This document shows, piece by piece, positions 15,486-25,202 of a stretch of 64,000 nt of DNA (its first letter is position 1; each line of letters begins with the position of its first letter). The position numbers were made by a program, and so were the translations under genes. Under the pieces are notes generated by a model. That model saw nothing but the letters and a program-made list of their open reading frames with translations. It was not told the origin of the DNA and did not search any database. This stretch comes from Lachnospiraceae bacterium (GTDB lineage Bacteria > Bacillota > Clostridia > Lachnospirales > Lachnospiraceae), in the NCBI GenBank assembly GCA_016283575.1, contig JAEEND010000027.1, positions 2,711 to 66,710 on the forward strand, given 5' to 3'.

Positions 15486-15896
15486 TTATCTCTTTTCGTC
15501 TACCAACAATCCTGCAAGTTCCCACGCCTTGGCGATCATATCGAGGGTCTTTTCGGGAGGTAACTCTTTGATTACTTCCTTGGTATCCTTGTCGATGATC
15601 TTAATGGTTACACGGTTAGTTTCCTCGTGGAATCCGTATACCGCTTCAGAGTTGTACATCTTCTTGTTGATGTCTTCGATAGCTTTATGAATCCTTTCGG
15701 CATTCTTTTCGAAGTTTTTCTCGAAATAGGGTTCATTCTTCTTCTCGATGTTTTCAACAACTCTGGTCTGGTTGTCAACCTTGGGGGCTTTTTCCGGAGT
15801 CTGTACTTCCGTGTACTCAATATTGGGCTTTGAAACCGGCTGTTTGATTGTTCCTGCTACATTAGACATTACGCTTCCAACTGATTCAAGTGCCAT
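15486..15896 (-). CDS. flaG: FlaG family protein
   Basis: C-terminus HEETNRVTIKIIDKDTKEVIKELPPEKTLDMIAKA is FlaG-like. The start was moved to the ATG at 15896, preceded by AAAGGAGAG, whereas the ORF track starts at 15929. Confidence 0.85.
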   Translation of the reverse strand: MALESVGSVMSNVAGTIKQPVSKPNIEYTEVQTPEKAPKVDNQTRVVENIEKKNEPYFEKNFEKNAERIHKAIEDINKKMYNSEAVYGFHEETNRVTIKIIDKDTKEVIKELPPEKTLDMIAKAWELAGLLVDEKR

Positions 15897-15950
15897 TTTA
15901 ACTCTCCTTTCGCGGCGTCCGTGCCGCACGGTTTACCTTTTCTAAGTACT

Positions 15951-15977
15951 ATATCGACATATTTTTACAAAACTTTA
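15951..15977 (-). promoter_or_regulatory. SigD/sigma-28 promoter of flaG-fliD-fliS
   Basis: Minus strand TAAA-gttttgtaaaaatat-GTCGATAT. Confidence 0.75.
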
Positions 15978-16011
15978 GACCTTTTTAAAAAGAAATCCAT
16001 AGATGATTAAA

Positions 16012-16035
16012 ACATCTGCTTAACCAAGCAGATGT
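16012..16035 (-). terminator. Stem-loop overlapping the csrA stop, possible terminator
   Basis: ACATCTGCTT-aacc-AAGCAGATGT, a perfect 10-bp stem followed on the coding strand by UUUAAU (a short U-run). Confidence 0.5.
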
Positions 16036-16238
16036 CTTAATCCTTCCATTGCGTCCGTATTCATTGCTTCTCTGTTAGATGCTTGTATCTGTACGTATAC
16101 TTCTTTTCTGTATACCGGAACTTCTCTGGGAGCCTGGATGCCTAACTTAACCTGCTCGCCTTTAATCTCTAAAACAGTTATTTCAATGTTGTTGTTGATG
16201 ATGAGTGCTTCGTTTTTCTTTCTGGATAAGGCTAACAT
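16020..16238 (-). CDS. csrA: Carbon storage regulator CsrA (flagellar type)
   Basis: 72 aa, MLALSRKKNEALIINNNIEITVLEIKGEQVKLGIQAPREVPVYRKEVY. The start overlaps the fliW stop (TAATG). Confidence 0.95.
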   Translation of the reverse strand: MLALSRKKNEALIINNNIEITVLEIKGEQVKLGIQAPREVPVYRKEVYVQIQASNREAMNTDAMEGLRHLLG

Positions 16239-16699
16239 TATTCACTCACCTTCTTTCTTTCGTTTAAGATATCGTAAATGGGGAATTTAACTTTGTATTC
16301 GTCACTGTCTACGATGATCTGAACTGCTTTTCTTGAGTCAACGTTCACTACGATGGGCGCCTTTAAATTAACGCTCATTTCTTTTAAGTCCTTGGGAACC
16401 GTAACGGTTACAAGAACAAGTAAATCATCATTGTCTATGTCGCCGATGGGCTTTAAGATCTCATCTTCAACCATGGGGTTGTAGGTGTCGCATACAGCCA
16501 GGGGGTCCATTACAGGCATTGCAAAAGCAGGCTCCTGCATGGACTGAAGCCATCTGATACCGGCGTTGTTTCCTCTCTCAGCATCATGCACGAGAGCAAA
16601 ATCCGTAAGTTCGGGGAAGCCGATAATTCCTTTTTCAAAGCGTATGATCTTGGAATCATCAATTTCCACTTCACCAAAAACGCGAGTTGTGATTTTCAT
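16238..16699 (-). CDS. fliW: Flagellar assembly factor FliW
   Basis: 153 aa, MKITTRVFGEVEIDDSKIIRFEKGIIGFPELTDFAL. The synteny flgL-fliW-csrA supports the call. Confidence 0.93.
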   Translation of the reverse strand: MKITTRVFGEVEIDDSKIIRFEKGIIGFPELTDFALVHDAERGNNAGIRWLQSMQEPAFAMPVMDPLAVCDTYNPMVEDEILKPIGDIDNDDLLVLVTVTVPKDLKEMSVNLKAPIVVNVDSRKAVQIIVDSDEYKVKFPIYDILNERKKVSE

Positions 16700-16724
16700 G
16701 TTTTTTCTCCTTTATAGGTAAAGA

Positions 16725-18164
16725 TTAAATGTAATTAATGAGGCTTTCTTTTAAAATCTTACTGGTGGCCATAAGAGCTGCGTCGTAGGCATATTCTGCG
16801 CTGGCAAGCTTGATGGCGGTTTCAGCTACGTCTACGTCTTCGTTTTCCGACTTAAGTTCTTTTAAAGTGGATAACTGAGTGTCGAGACGATTCTTTATGA
16901 GTTCAAGTCTCTTGCCTCTGGTACCGCAGTTGGTGAGGGCCACGTTATTTTTGTCAAGATAGGTGTCGGTATATCCGATGCCCTTTGACATTATTGAGTG
17001 GAGCTTATCATTTAAAAAGGTCTGAGCCTTCTTAAGTGCATCCAGGTCTGCATTAAGGCCGTTGATAACGGTCTCATCCGTTTCTGTTTTAAGTTTATTC
17101 TTAACAATATCTATCTGCTTTTCGATGGAATCAACTTCCTTGAGGGCTATGATGGCATCATCCACATCACGTAATACGTCATGGGAATAGCAGTCAGATG
17201 CGTTGGTATTGATCCTGAGTGACTGGTTAACTCCGATGTTATACTGAATTTCGCCCGCAGGGGTGTCAGTATAGTTATATTCTACATCATTGACATTATC
17301 CTTGCATTTGAAGTAATGCTCGGGTCTTAAATCTCCGCGTGACCAGTTTTCTCTGTGATAAGAAACTTCGATATCAGTTAAGGTATCTGTATTTCCGATG
17401 GCGGAACCCACCAGTACCTCACCGGTTTCGGGCACGAATACTACTTTTCCTTCATTGCCTGCTGCGCTGATATATGCGTAAGGGTCTGCATCGGACGAGA
17501 TCACTTCGGGAACGTAATCGGTGCCGTTTAACTTAACGGCAGGAGGAGTATCCATAAGATCATCATAGGATAAACGGATCCTGGTAATGTCTTTAACATA
17601 TACATCCTGCTCCGTTTCATGAGTAGCAGCCGTAAGATCAGGTGTATGTACATATCTGAGGGTATCGAGTCTTACGGAATCTTTCGTTTCAGTGATGGTA
17701 TAATCAACCGTTTCCTGCTTCTGATATGTGAGAGTCATACCGGTTCTGTAACCCGTAAATACGGTGCGTCCTGCAAAATCCGCATTACCGGAATTGTATA
17801 ATTCTTCACCGAGAGCGGTTAAGTTTTCTAAGATGATCTGTCTGTCGGAAGGAGTCAGGGTATCGGAAGTACCTTTTGTATAATTACTTCTGATATCCGT
17901 GATGATCTCCGAAAATGTCTTGATGGCATCTTCTGTTACTTCCAGCCAGCTTTCTGCATCTTCCACGTTCTTTTCAAGATACTGTTCCGTCTGATTTACG
18001 GATGTACGAAGTCGCAGTGAACGAAGAGCCACGATGGGATCATCGGAGGGTCGTGCGATCTTCTTTTGCGTGGATATCTGAGTGGACAGGGTATCCTGCA
18101 GAGTCTTGTTGATGTTTATGTTGGATAATGAGTTGTTCTGAATGATCTTGGTTGTTACTCTCAT
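16725..18164 (-). CDS. flgL: Hook-filament junction protein FlgL
   Basis: The N-terminus MRVTTKIIQNN..QISTQKKIARPSDDPIVA is flagellin_N-like, and the gene sits after flgK. Confidence 0.88.
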   Translation of the reverse strand: MRVTTKIIQNNSLSNININKTLQDTLSTQISTQKKIARPSDDPIVALRSLRLRTSVNQTEQYLEKNVEDAESWLEVTEDAIKTFSEIITDIRSNYTKGTSDTLTPSDRQIILENLTALGEELYNSGNADFAGRTVFTGYRTGMTLTYQKQETVDYTITETKDSVRLDTLRYVHTPDLTAATHETEQDVYVKDITRIRLSYDDLMDTPPAVKLNGTDYVPEVISSDADPYAYISAAGNEGKVVFVPETGEVLVGSAIGNTDTLTDIEVSYHRENWSRGDLRPEHYFKCKDNVNDVEYNYTDTPAGEIQYNIGVNQSLRINTNASDCYSHDVLRDVDDAIIALKEVDSIEKQIDIVKNKLKTETDETVINGLNADLDALKKAQTFLNDKLHSIMSKGIGYTDTYLDKNNVALTNCGTRGKRLELIKNRLDTQLSTLKELKSENEDVDVAETAIKLASAEYAYDAALMATSKILKESLINYI

Positions 18165-18193
18165 TGTTTACCTTTCCTCACTGAACATGAAGG

Positions 18194-20095
18194 TTATACG
18201 CCGGTCTGAAGGATGAGTCTGTCGTAAATCTCTGTAAAGGTCTGAATCATCTTGGATGCAAGAGCGTATGCGTTCTGGTATTTAACAAGGGCTACCGCTT
18301 CGTCGTCGGAATCAACACCGGAAATGGAAATTCGCTGGTTGTTGATGGTATTGGACATTGTATTGTAGTAGGCCTCTGAGTTATTGGCTCTCGCGGCGTT
18401 CAAGGCTACATCGGAAAGCACCGACTGGAGGAACTCACTTGCGGAGGCTCCACGGTAATCAAGGATGGTCTTGTCGGTCTTCATGTTGATAAGTTCATTG
18501 ACGATGTTGTTCTTGGAATCTCCGTCGGTTGCGCCCGTGTGGGTGGCAAGACGCTTGGAGTCCATTGCGATCTCACGGTTAACTGCAAGATTTCCTGCTG
18601 TTAACTTATAATATGTATCGTCATAATTGTGGATTTTAATTAGACCTGCGTCATCACCTGTTGCAGTATTTGCATTTTCATGGGCCGTATAGTAGTCATT
18701 GAAGGTTAACTGGTCTAAATCACCTACGGGATTGTCCGCAAGGAAAAGTCTTGTTGCGGCATTTCCGTATGAATCAACGGCGCCTTCCTGAGTGATGATG
18801 TCATTAAATGTTCTTGCAAAAAGTCTTACAAATTCATTGACCTGTTCCTGGTAGTAGGGAATTCCCTGATAATCAACGCTTACGCCTACCATTGCTTCCT
18901 TACCGATACGTGAATTGGAAAGCTTGCTCTGGCCAAAGTTATTATCAAGCTGGAATTCATAAGAAACCTCACCGGTCTCCTGATTCTTTATATATGTCCA
19001 GTCTGTATAATAGTAAACCTCCGCGCCGAGCTTAATGGTACCGCCGGTCTGTGAAAGTGTACATTTATCAAGGTCATGTAACTGATCCAGGGTAACCTTA
19101 ACGGTTACGGTATTATTGGGAACATCTACACTTGTTATTGTTCCGCGGAAGTTTTCTGTATTGTTACCGTCACGAAGTTCTACAAGGCCCTGGAGCTTTC
19201 CGCCGAGGTTAGCGGAATAGATATTAAAGTCATTACCATTGGCCCATCTTATATCATAGAGACCTACCGCATCGTTCTGTGATACGGTTTCATTTACTTC
19301 ACGGGCTACGCACTGAAGTGTCTGATAATCATTGGTATCAACAAGCATCTGTCCGCCTGCGATACGTACGATAAATCTGGTGGCGCCGGTTTCAAAATTA
19401 TTGTTGGCGTCATAGATGGGATTTTCGCTTGTTTCAACGGATACGTAGTTTGAAAGTTCATCGATAAGAACATTTCTTGAGTCTCTTAATTCGTTTGCTT
19501 TTGCACCGGTAAGCTCGATCACGTTGATCTGCTTATTTAAGGTTGCAATCTGCTCTGCTATGGAATTTATTTCAGAAACAATATCCTTAATTTCCGTATT
19601 TACATCCTTCTGTAATTCTTTTAACTCGTTGGAGGTCGAATTAAAGTAATCAACAAAGGACTGTGTATACATGGCAAACTGCGCCTTTGTAGCTGCATCT
19701 CCCGCATTTTTGGAGAGTTCTTCAAGGGCGTTGAACATAAGGTTAAAGGTTGTATTAAAGCCTGAGTTGGTATCTGTATCCATGAAGTAGTTTTCAATGG
19801 TCTTCATGTAGTAGGCTTTAGCAGTTACATTACCAAGCTTTGCGTTGTTGTCCCAGTACTTTTCATCATAGAAATCATCATGGATTCTTTCGATCGCAAT
19901 GGTATCAACACCTGCGCCGGCCGAACCGTAGGTCGTGAAGGTACGGATAGCGAGGTTCGCCTGCTGCACCGCCTCCTGACGGCTGTAACCCTTTGTTTCG
20001 GAATTTGATATGTTATTGGCTGTGGTATTAAGTGCTGCATTTGAAGCAGTTAAACCTGTATATGCTACGTTAAGTCCAAAAAATTGAGACGGCAT
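18194..20095 (-). CDS. flgK: Hook-associated protein FlgK, paralogue 2 (633 aa)
   Basis: N-terminus GLNVAYTGLTASNAALNTTANNISNSETKGYSRQ and C-terminus VALVKYQNAYALASKMIQTFTEIYDRLI. Confidence 0.88.
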   Translation of the reverse strand: MPSQFFGLNVAYTGLTASNAALNTTANNISNSETKGYSRQEAVQQANLAIRTFTTYGSAGAGVDTIAIERIHDDFYDEKYWDNNAKLGNVTAKAYYMKTIENYFMDTDTNSGFNTTFNLMFNALEELSKNAGDAATKAQFAMYTQSFVDYFNSTSNELKELQKDVNTEIKDIVSEINSIAEQIATLNKQINVIELTGAKANELRDSRNVLIDELSNYVSVETSENPIYDANNNFETGATRFIVRIAGGQMLVDTNDYQTLQCVAREVNETVSQNDAVGLYDIRWANGNDFNIYSANLGGKLQGLVELRDGNNTENFRGTITSVDVPNNTVTVKVTLDQLHDLDKCTLSQTGGTIKLGAEVYYYTDWTYIKNQETGEVSYEFQLDNNFGQSKLSNSRIGKEAMVGVSVDYQGIPYYQEQVNEFVRLFARTFNDIITQEGAVDSYGNAATRLFLADNPVGDLDQLTFNDYYTAHENANTATGDDAGLIKIHNYDDTYYKLTAGNLAVNREIAMDSKRLATHTGATDGDSKNNIVNELINMKTDKTILDYRGASASEFLQSVLSDVALNAARANNSEAYYNTMSNTINNQRISISGVDSDDEAVALVKYQNAYALASKMIQTFTEIYDRLILQTGV

Positions 20096-20122
20096 AAGAT
20101 AACCTCCTCTCCGGCATCTTTA

Positions 20123-21904
20123 TTACATGGAAGTAATGATATGCTCAAGCATCTCATCCACTACATTGATGTAACGGCTGGCTGCGTTGAAAGCATTCTG
20201 GAATTTGATCATATTGGTAAGTTCTTCATCGGCAGATACGCCCACAACCTGCTCGCGGGAGCTCTGGATGCTGGCAACCGTTGCTGCCTGGGATTCTGCG
20301 ATGCTCTTATATACGAAACCTGAGTTGGCCACCTGGGATACAAGGTTGGTGTAATAAGTATTGATGGAACAGGTGGTTGTTACGTTGGGATTAAGTACGT
20401 ACTGATCTTTATCGAAGGCTTCGAGCAATCCGTAAGCTGTATCGAAGTCAACGGTTCCGTCCTTTAAGATAAAGCCCATCTTTCCGGCTTCTCTTACAAG
20501 GGTGGGATTGATCTGTAAGTTGTTTATGGTGTAAAGGGTATCAACATAATAGTGATCCGATGTATTTTCAGGATAGTATTCCCACTCTCCGGTAACTTCG
20601 TTTTTGGTGAATCCGGGAGTTGCGATCTTCTGGAAGATCTGAAGGGGTGAGCCGTCATCATCAACCATATATTCGCCGCCGTTCTTTTGGAAAGCTCCGT
20701 ATAATACTTCGTTTACGGAAACTGCTACGTTGTGAACCAGCTGGTCGAATTCTGCCTGAATGTTCATGCATACGGACTGAGCGATGGTGTGGTTATATAC
20801 ATCCACTTCTTCTTCATAGATTCCCATCTGATAATTGTATTCCGCAGCATCGAGAGCATACTGAGGATCGTTGGTACCGTAAGGATATTTAACTGTATCG
20901 GTGAAGTCAGGCTGTACAGGCTTTACAGGAATGTCAGTAAAGTTGGCTACGCGATCGCCGCGGGCATAAAGCATGGCTCTGAGTTCTCCGATATCTGTTC
21001 CTTTTTCGGATGAAATAAGTCTGTATGTATCAAAAACCTTTGCTTCGGAGATGTCCCAAACCTTATCTCCTTCAGCATCATAGGTATAGGTTGCGTTGTT
21101 TTCCCAGAAGGGTGTGTAGAAGCCGGTCTGTGAATCGAGGTATGCATTCATTTCATATACCTTGTCGGGTCCTACGAAATCGTAGCCTTCGACTTCAACG
21201 GTAATAGCACCGTAAATATCTTCTTCGTATTTAATGGTAACCATGGATGAAAGCTTATCGAGAGCTTCGTTTCTTGCATCACGAAGGTCGTTGGCAGCTT
21301 CGATACCGGTTTCAACTTTTCTGATCTCTGCATTTAAATCGAGGATCTGATGGCCGAGAGAATTGATCTCTGCCACTTTATCTTTAATCTGTGAATTTAA
21401 TTCGTTCTGGTAATCTACAAGACCTGCGTAAACCTGCTTCGCATTTGTTAAGAAGGTCTGCGCATTTTGAATGAGTAATCTCTGTACTACCGTATCATCG
21501 GGCGTCTTTGCAAGTTCCTCGATGGAGCTCCACAGTTTTGTGAGGGCATGATTGAAGCTTGCATCGTCGTTGTATTCGTCCAGCAAGTCTTCTACTTCGG
21601 TGAGTGCATTGAAAGATGTGGAATAGAAAGCAGCCCTACCGTTTTCTTTTCGGTACGACTGGTCCAAAAAATAATCCCTTACCTGGCGCACCTTGGCATA
21701 TGTAACACCGAGACCGGTCTGCATACTTCCTGTGGCGGGTGTGCCATTCTTGATAGTATTATAAACGCGATCAGCCTGTAATACCTGCTGACGCACGAAG
21801 CCCTGAGTATCTTTGTTGGAGATATTATGCGCAGTTGTATTGAGAGCGTTCTGTGACATCTGCAATCCTGAAGTTCCTACATAAAAGCTTCCCATTAACG
21901 GCAT
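20123..21904 (-). CDS. flgK: Hook-associated protein FlgK, paralogue 1 (593 aa)
   Basis: N-terminus FYVGTSGLQMSQNALNTTAHNISNKDTQGFVRQ and C-terminus LTNMIKFQNAFNAASRYINVVDEMLEHI. Confidence 0.88.
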   Translation of the reverse strand: MPLMGSFYVGTSGLQMSQNALNTTAHNISNKDTQGFVRQQVLQADRVYNTIKNGTPATGSMQTGLGVTYAKVRQVRDYFLDQSYRKENGRAAFYSTSFNALTEVEDLLDEYNDDASFNHALTKLWSSIEELAKTPDDTVVQRLLIQNAQTFLTNAKQVYAGLVDYQNELNSQIKDKVAEINSLGHQILDLNAEIRKVETGIEAANDLRDARNEALDKLSSMVTIKYEEDIYGAITVEVEGYDFVGPDKVYEMNAYLDSQTGFYTPFWENNATYTYDAEGDKVWDISEAKVFDTYRLISSEKGTDIGELRAMLYARGDRVANFTDIPVKPVQPDFTDTVKYPYGTNDPQYALDAAEYNYQMGIYEEEVDVYNHTIAQSVCMNIQAEFDQLVHNVAVSVNEVLYGAFQKNGGEYMVDDDGSPLQIFQKIATPGFTKNEVTGEWEYYPENTSDHYYVDTLYTINNLQINPTLVREAGKMGFILKDGTVDFDTAYGLLEAFDKDQYVLNPNVTTTCSINTYYTNLVSQVANSGFVYKSIAESQAATVASIQSSREQVVGVSADEELTNMIKFQNAFNAASRYINVVDEMLEHIITSM

Positions 21905-21925
21905 AACTAAAATCTCCTAACACGG

Positions 21926-22444
21926 TTATTGTTTGGCGTCAAACCCTCCAAACTGCGTTCCGATGGCGCTTCCTGTGCTGTATGCGCCGCGATTATAGTT
22001 TGCAGTTTCAGGTGCCTGCTTCATAGACTGCATAAGAGTCAGATTGAAGTTCACCATTTCTATTGCACTGTTTAAGAGTTCTTCGTTTCTTTCGTTGACA
22101 TATTTCATTTCACGAAGAGTATTCTTAAGAGTGTCGTGGATCTTCGCCAATTCCTTTTGTTCCCTGGGCGTCTTATTTAAGAGCCCGATCAAAACTGATA
22201 ATTTCAATCCCTCAACATCCGTGTTCAGGATCTTCGCAATTTCCTGCATGGTCGCCATTCGCCTGTTTTCCAGTTCATTGATCTCATTAACCCGATCCTG
22301 TTCTTTATCAGTAATCCGGTTAAGTCCTTCGAGATCACCTTTCACGATGACGTCCGTCTTCGCTGTCGAGAGTTCAAGCAGCTTAAGATATTCATCATTT
22401 TCCTTATTAAGTACTTCTATGAGAGTATCTACTAAACTTGCCAC
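21926..22444 (-). CDS. flgN: FlgN-family flagellar chaperone
   Basis: 172 aa and helical (LIEVLNKENDEYLKLLELSTAKTDVIVKGDLEGL), located between flgM and flgK. Confidence 0.8.
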   Translation of the reverse strand: MASLVDTLIEVLNKENDEYLKLLELSTAKTDVIVKGDLEGLNRITDKEQDRVNEINELENRRMATMQEIAKILNTDVEGLKLSVLIGLLNKTPREQKELAKIHDTLKNTLREMKYVNERNEELLNSAIEMVNFNLTLMQSMKQAPETANYNRGAYSTGSAIGTQFGGFDAKQ

Positions 22445-22453
22445 TTGAATCTC

Positions 22454-22729
22454 CTACAGTGTTTCTTCGTATTTCTTCATTAACTTTTCTGCAAAGCTTT
22501 CGGGACTTACATTGTATGTTCCGTCGGCAATAGCTCTCTTCAAAGGTTCTACCAAGTCATAACGAATGTCACTTGCACCTTTTACGGCCTGTTTAGCCGC
22601 CTGAATATCTAGCCCCATATTCGAGATGTGCACCTGATCCGTGGTATTCTTTCTCTGAACGTTCTGTTCTTTCTGTACCTTTGCGGAGTTATAAAGCTGT
22701 TGAACCTGATTATAGGCTTCTATACGCAT
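22454..22729 (-). CDS. flgM: Anti-sigma-28 factor FlgM
   Basis: 91 aa with the C-terminus IRYDLVEPLKRAIADGTYNVSPESFAEKLM, typical of FlgM. Confidence 0.88.
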   Translation of the reverse strand: MRIEAYNQVQQLYNSAKVQKEQNVQRKNTTDQVHISNMGLDIQAAKQAVKGASDIRYDLVEPLKRAIADGTYNVSPESFAEKLMKKYEETL

Positions 22730-22785
22730 AACTTACCTCCTTTTGATAGTCGTATCCTCCGTGATACTATTATCACTTACTATCT

Positions 22786-22812
22786 TTATCGGATATTTTC
22801 AGTGAGACTTTA
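22786..22812 (-). promoter_or_regulatory. SigD/sigma-28 promoter of the flgM operon
   Basis: Minus strand TAAA-gtctcactgaaaata-TCCGATAA. Confidence 0.75.
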
Positions 22813-22837
22813 GGGTTTTTAGGAAAAATTTTTAAAA

Positions 22838-24730
22838 TTATTTACTTTCTTTTTCAACAAGATAAAGAACGTCTTCAAGTCGTTCTTCAAACGTCCGGGT
22901 TACCGGGTTAAAAACGCCTTGTTCTTCACCGTAGAGAATGGTGGATCTATAGCCGTTTTTCTCAAAATAACGGATAACTCTGTCCGGATCCACATATCTC
23001 TTTACATTTATCACATAGCTATTATCGGAATCTAAATCGCTTCTCTTAAGAAGTTCATCAAATTTTACAAGCAAAGTTTTTTCATAGACCATTGCTTCAG
23101 GGACATTTTCGTAAAAAGAATATCCGTCATAGACTATGATATAAGGAAGATCTTCGTATCTTTCCGCAACTTTAAGCTGCTCAGAGTAGCCTGTGTACAG
23201 GTATTCGCCGCCATAGTTAATAAGGCCCAGTACAAAGAAAAGCACGATGTTAATGCCCACAAAGGTAAGCAATATATCTCCGAAGATCATAGCCTTGGGC
23301 GTATAGACCGGTTCAGCCTTCGGCTTTTCTTTTTGTGCAAACCAAATGGCTCTGAAGGGATAAGCTCCGAGATATCTGATACCCTTGGTCTGGCGGCCGT
23401 TCTTTTCATCATCGATGTTATCCAGAATTGAATTTACGAATCTTAATATAGCGGTTGAAATTCCCATTCCCGAAAGCATTAAAACCACCGGGAATATGGG
23501 CATCATGTAGCGGTCAACCATGTAGGGAGACATTCTTGCGGCCAGCAGGAAGTAAATAACCGGGGGAACAAAAAGTATCAAATTACCGCAGAGAGGATAT
23601 CTCTTTTTATTTTCACTGAGGCAGTAGTAAAGGCCATATATTCCTGCGAGTAAAATAAATGCAAATACTGCTTTATGATAAAAGAGTCTTTCACAGAAAA
23701 GATTTGAAAATGCAGCGATACGTGTTCCGTAACCTGCGAAGCCCGAGCTTAAGTTTTCGAGAGCTTCAACGCCTCGGGAGGAGCCGAATACATCGGTAAT
23801 TGCAAATGGAAAAAGAAGGAGCCCCGTCACTCCGGAAGCTACCATAGTACCGACGTAACGCTTTAACTCTTCCTGCCGTTTTTCTTTTGCAAGAACTATT
23901 ACAAATACAATGAATAATGGCAATAAGTAAAATAAAAAGAAATACTGGGTTAAGAAGCCTAAAACCGTTACAGACAGCATCAGGCCCCATTTTTTTGCTT
24001 TAATTCCGTAGTAGTAGGCTCTCAAGTGAAGATACAGGGCCGTTATCACGAAGAACGCCACCAAAGCATACATGCGGATTAAAAGGGTTGTGGCAACAGT
24101 TCCTGCGGAAAGTCCGTACATCAGCGCAGAAACAATTTCCGCTCCTATGGAATCGGTATCACGACCTATATATTCTTTCCACAGAATTTTGACAGTGGCC
24201 ATGATTATAAGAAGTGTACCCGCGAGGATCAATAGATTCAGGCCACAGCCTATGTATTTTGACATGCTGCCTCTTGTCAAGGATGATAAGAGATGCAAGA
24301 GCATAAAGTGTACGGGCGGGTGATTATCGTCCTTTACGTTAAAATAAACACTCGCAAAGTTAAAAGCATCGTCTGAATCAACTGTTACGTAGTCTTTAAA
24401 AGATTCTCTTCTAATCCAGACAGGTTCATCGTAGACGTCGGCTTTGTATGTTAAGAGCTTTGAAGATGAGCCGTTTTCCATTACGTCCCCTACTGTATTC
24501 AAAAAGTTACCGACACTTTCTTTTAAAGTATCTCCGTCAACTTCTTCATGCATGAATTTCGCGAGTCGACCTACAGGCTGAGTCGGCACGATCCAGGGAT
24601 TATATTCGGCATTGGCAAGCTCGTAGCTCATGATCTCGTCCATGTGAAAACCTTCTTTTTGTGTAACGAAAAAAAGGTTGACTCCGAGACATATAAGTAT
24701 TGTGATTACGCGTAAAATATTATTTTTCAT
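22838..24730 (-). CDS. Polytopic membrane protein, GT-C (ArnT/PMT-like) glycosyltransferase candidate
   Basis: 630 aa with many hydrophobic segments. It has an early loop EGFHMDEIMSYELA and a DDNHPPVHFMLLHLL motif. It is a paralogue of 60710-62476 (EGYHVDEVYSYGLA, GDVHPPLFYLLLHFL). Confidence 0.6.
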   Translation of the reverse strand: MKNNILRVITILICLGVNLFFVTQKEGFHMDEIMSYELANAEYNPWIVPTQPVGRLAKFMHEEVDGDTLKESVGNFLNTVGDVMENGSSSKLLTYKADVYDEPVWIRRESFKDYVTVDSDDAFNFASVYFNVKDDNHPPVHFMLLHLLSSLTRGSMSKYIGCGLNLLILAGTLLIIMATVKILWKEYIGRDTDSIGAEIVSALMYGLSAGTVATTLLIRMYALVAFFVITALYLHLRAYYYGIKAKKWGLMLSVTVLGFLTQYFFLFYLLPLFIVFVIVLAKEKRQEELKRYVGTMVASGVTGLLLFPFAITDVFGSSRGVEALENLSSGFAGYGTRIAAFSNLFCERLFYHKAVFAFILLAGIYGLYYCLSENKKRYPLCGNLILFVPPVIYFLLAARMSPYMVDRYMMPIFPVVLMLSGMGISTAILRFVNSILDNIDDEKNGRQTKGIRYLGAYPFRAIWFAQKEKPKAEPVYTPKAMIFGDILLTFVGINIVLFFVLGLINYGGEYLYTGYSEQLKVAERYEDLPYIIVYDGYSFYENVPEAMVYEKTLLVKFDELLKRSDLDSDNSYVINVKRYVDPDRVIRYFEKNGYRSTILYGEEQGVFNPVTRTFEERLEDVLYLVEKESK

Positions 24731-24830
24731 AGTGAATATATTTTATCATTTATGGAAGTCAAAAAAAAGAGTTCAAGGCTTGCGATACTTTTATTCTTTT
24801 ATCATTGTGAGGGGTGACTTTTCCTTCTCG

Positions 24831-25200
24831 TATCCCTATATGGATTTGAAGCGTAGATTGGGATAGTTTTTCTTGAATCGAATTGTTTAGATGGATATTT
24901 CTATCCCTATACGGATTTTGCGTGCGTTTTGGGATAGATTTTATCTGAATAAACTACTTTCTATAAGTGAAGATGGAAATATTTATCCCAATACGGCTCT
25001 AGAAGGGCGTATTGGGATACTTTTTCTTCCGGTGTAGGTAGTGATGGTTATATTTCTATCCCAATTGTGCCCTCAAAAGCATATAGGGATACGAGCACCC
25101 AAAATAGATGAGTGAAGATGCTTGCTTCTATCCCAATCAGGCCCTCAAAAGCATATAGGGATACGAGCACCCAAAATAGATGAGTGAAGATGCTTGCTTT
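24831..25200. repeat. Array of five ~72-bp units, each with a TATCCCWAT..N17-19..AT(T/A)GGGATA palindrome
   Basis: Palindromes lie at 24831-24865, 24902-24936, 24984-25019, 25057-25091 and 25129-25163. The last two units form a near-perfect 72-bp tandem duplication. Confidence 0.85.
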
Positions 25201-25202
25201 TA

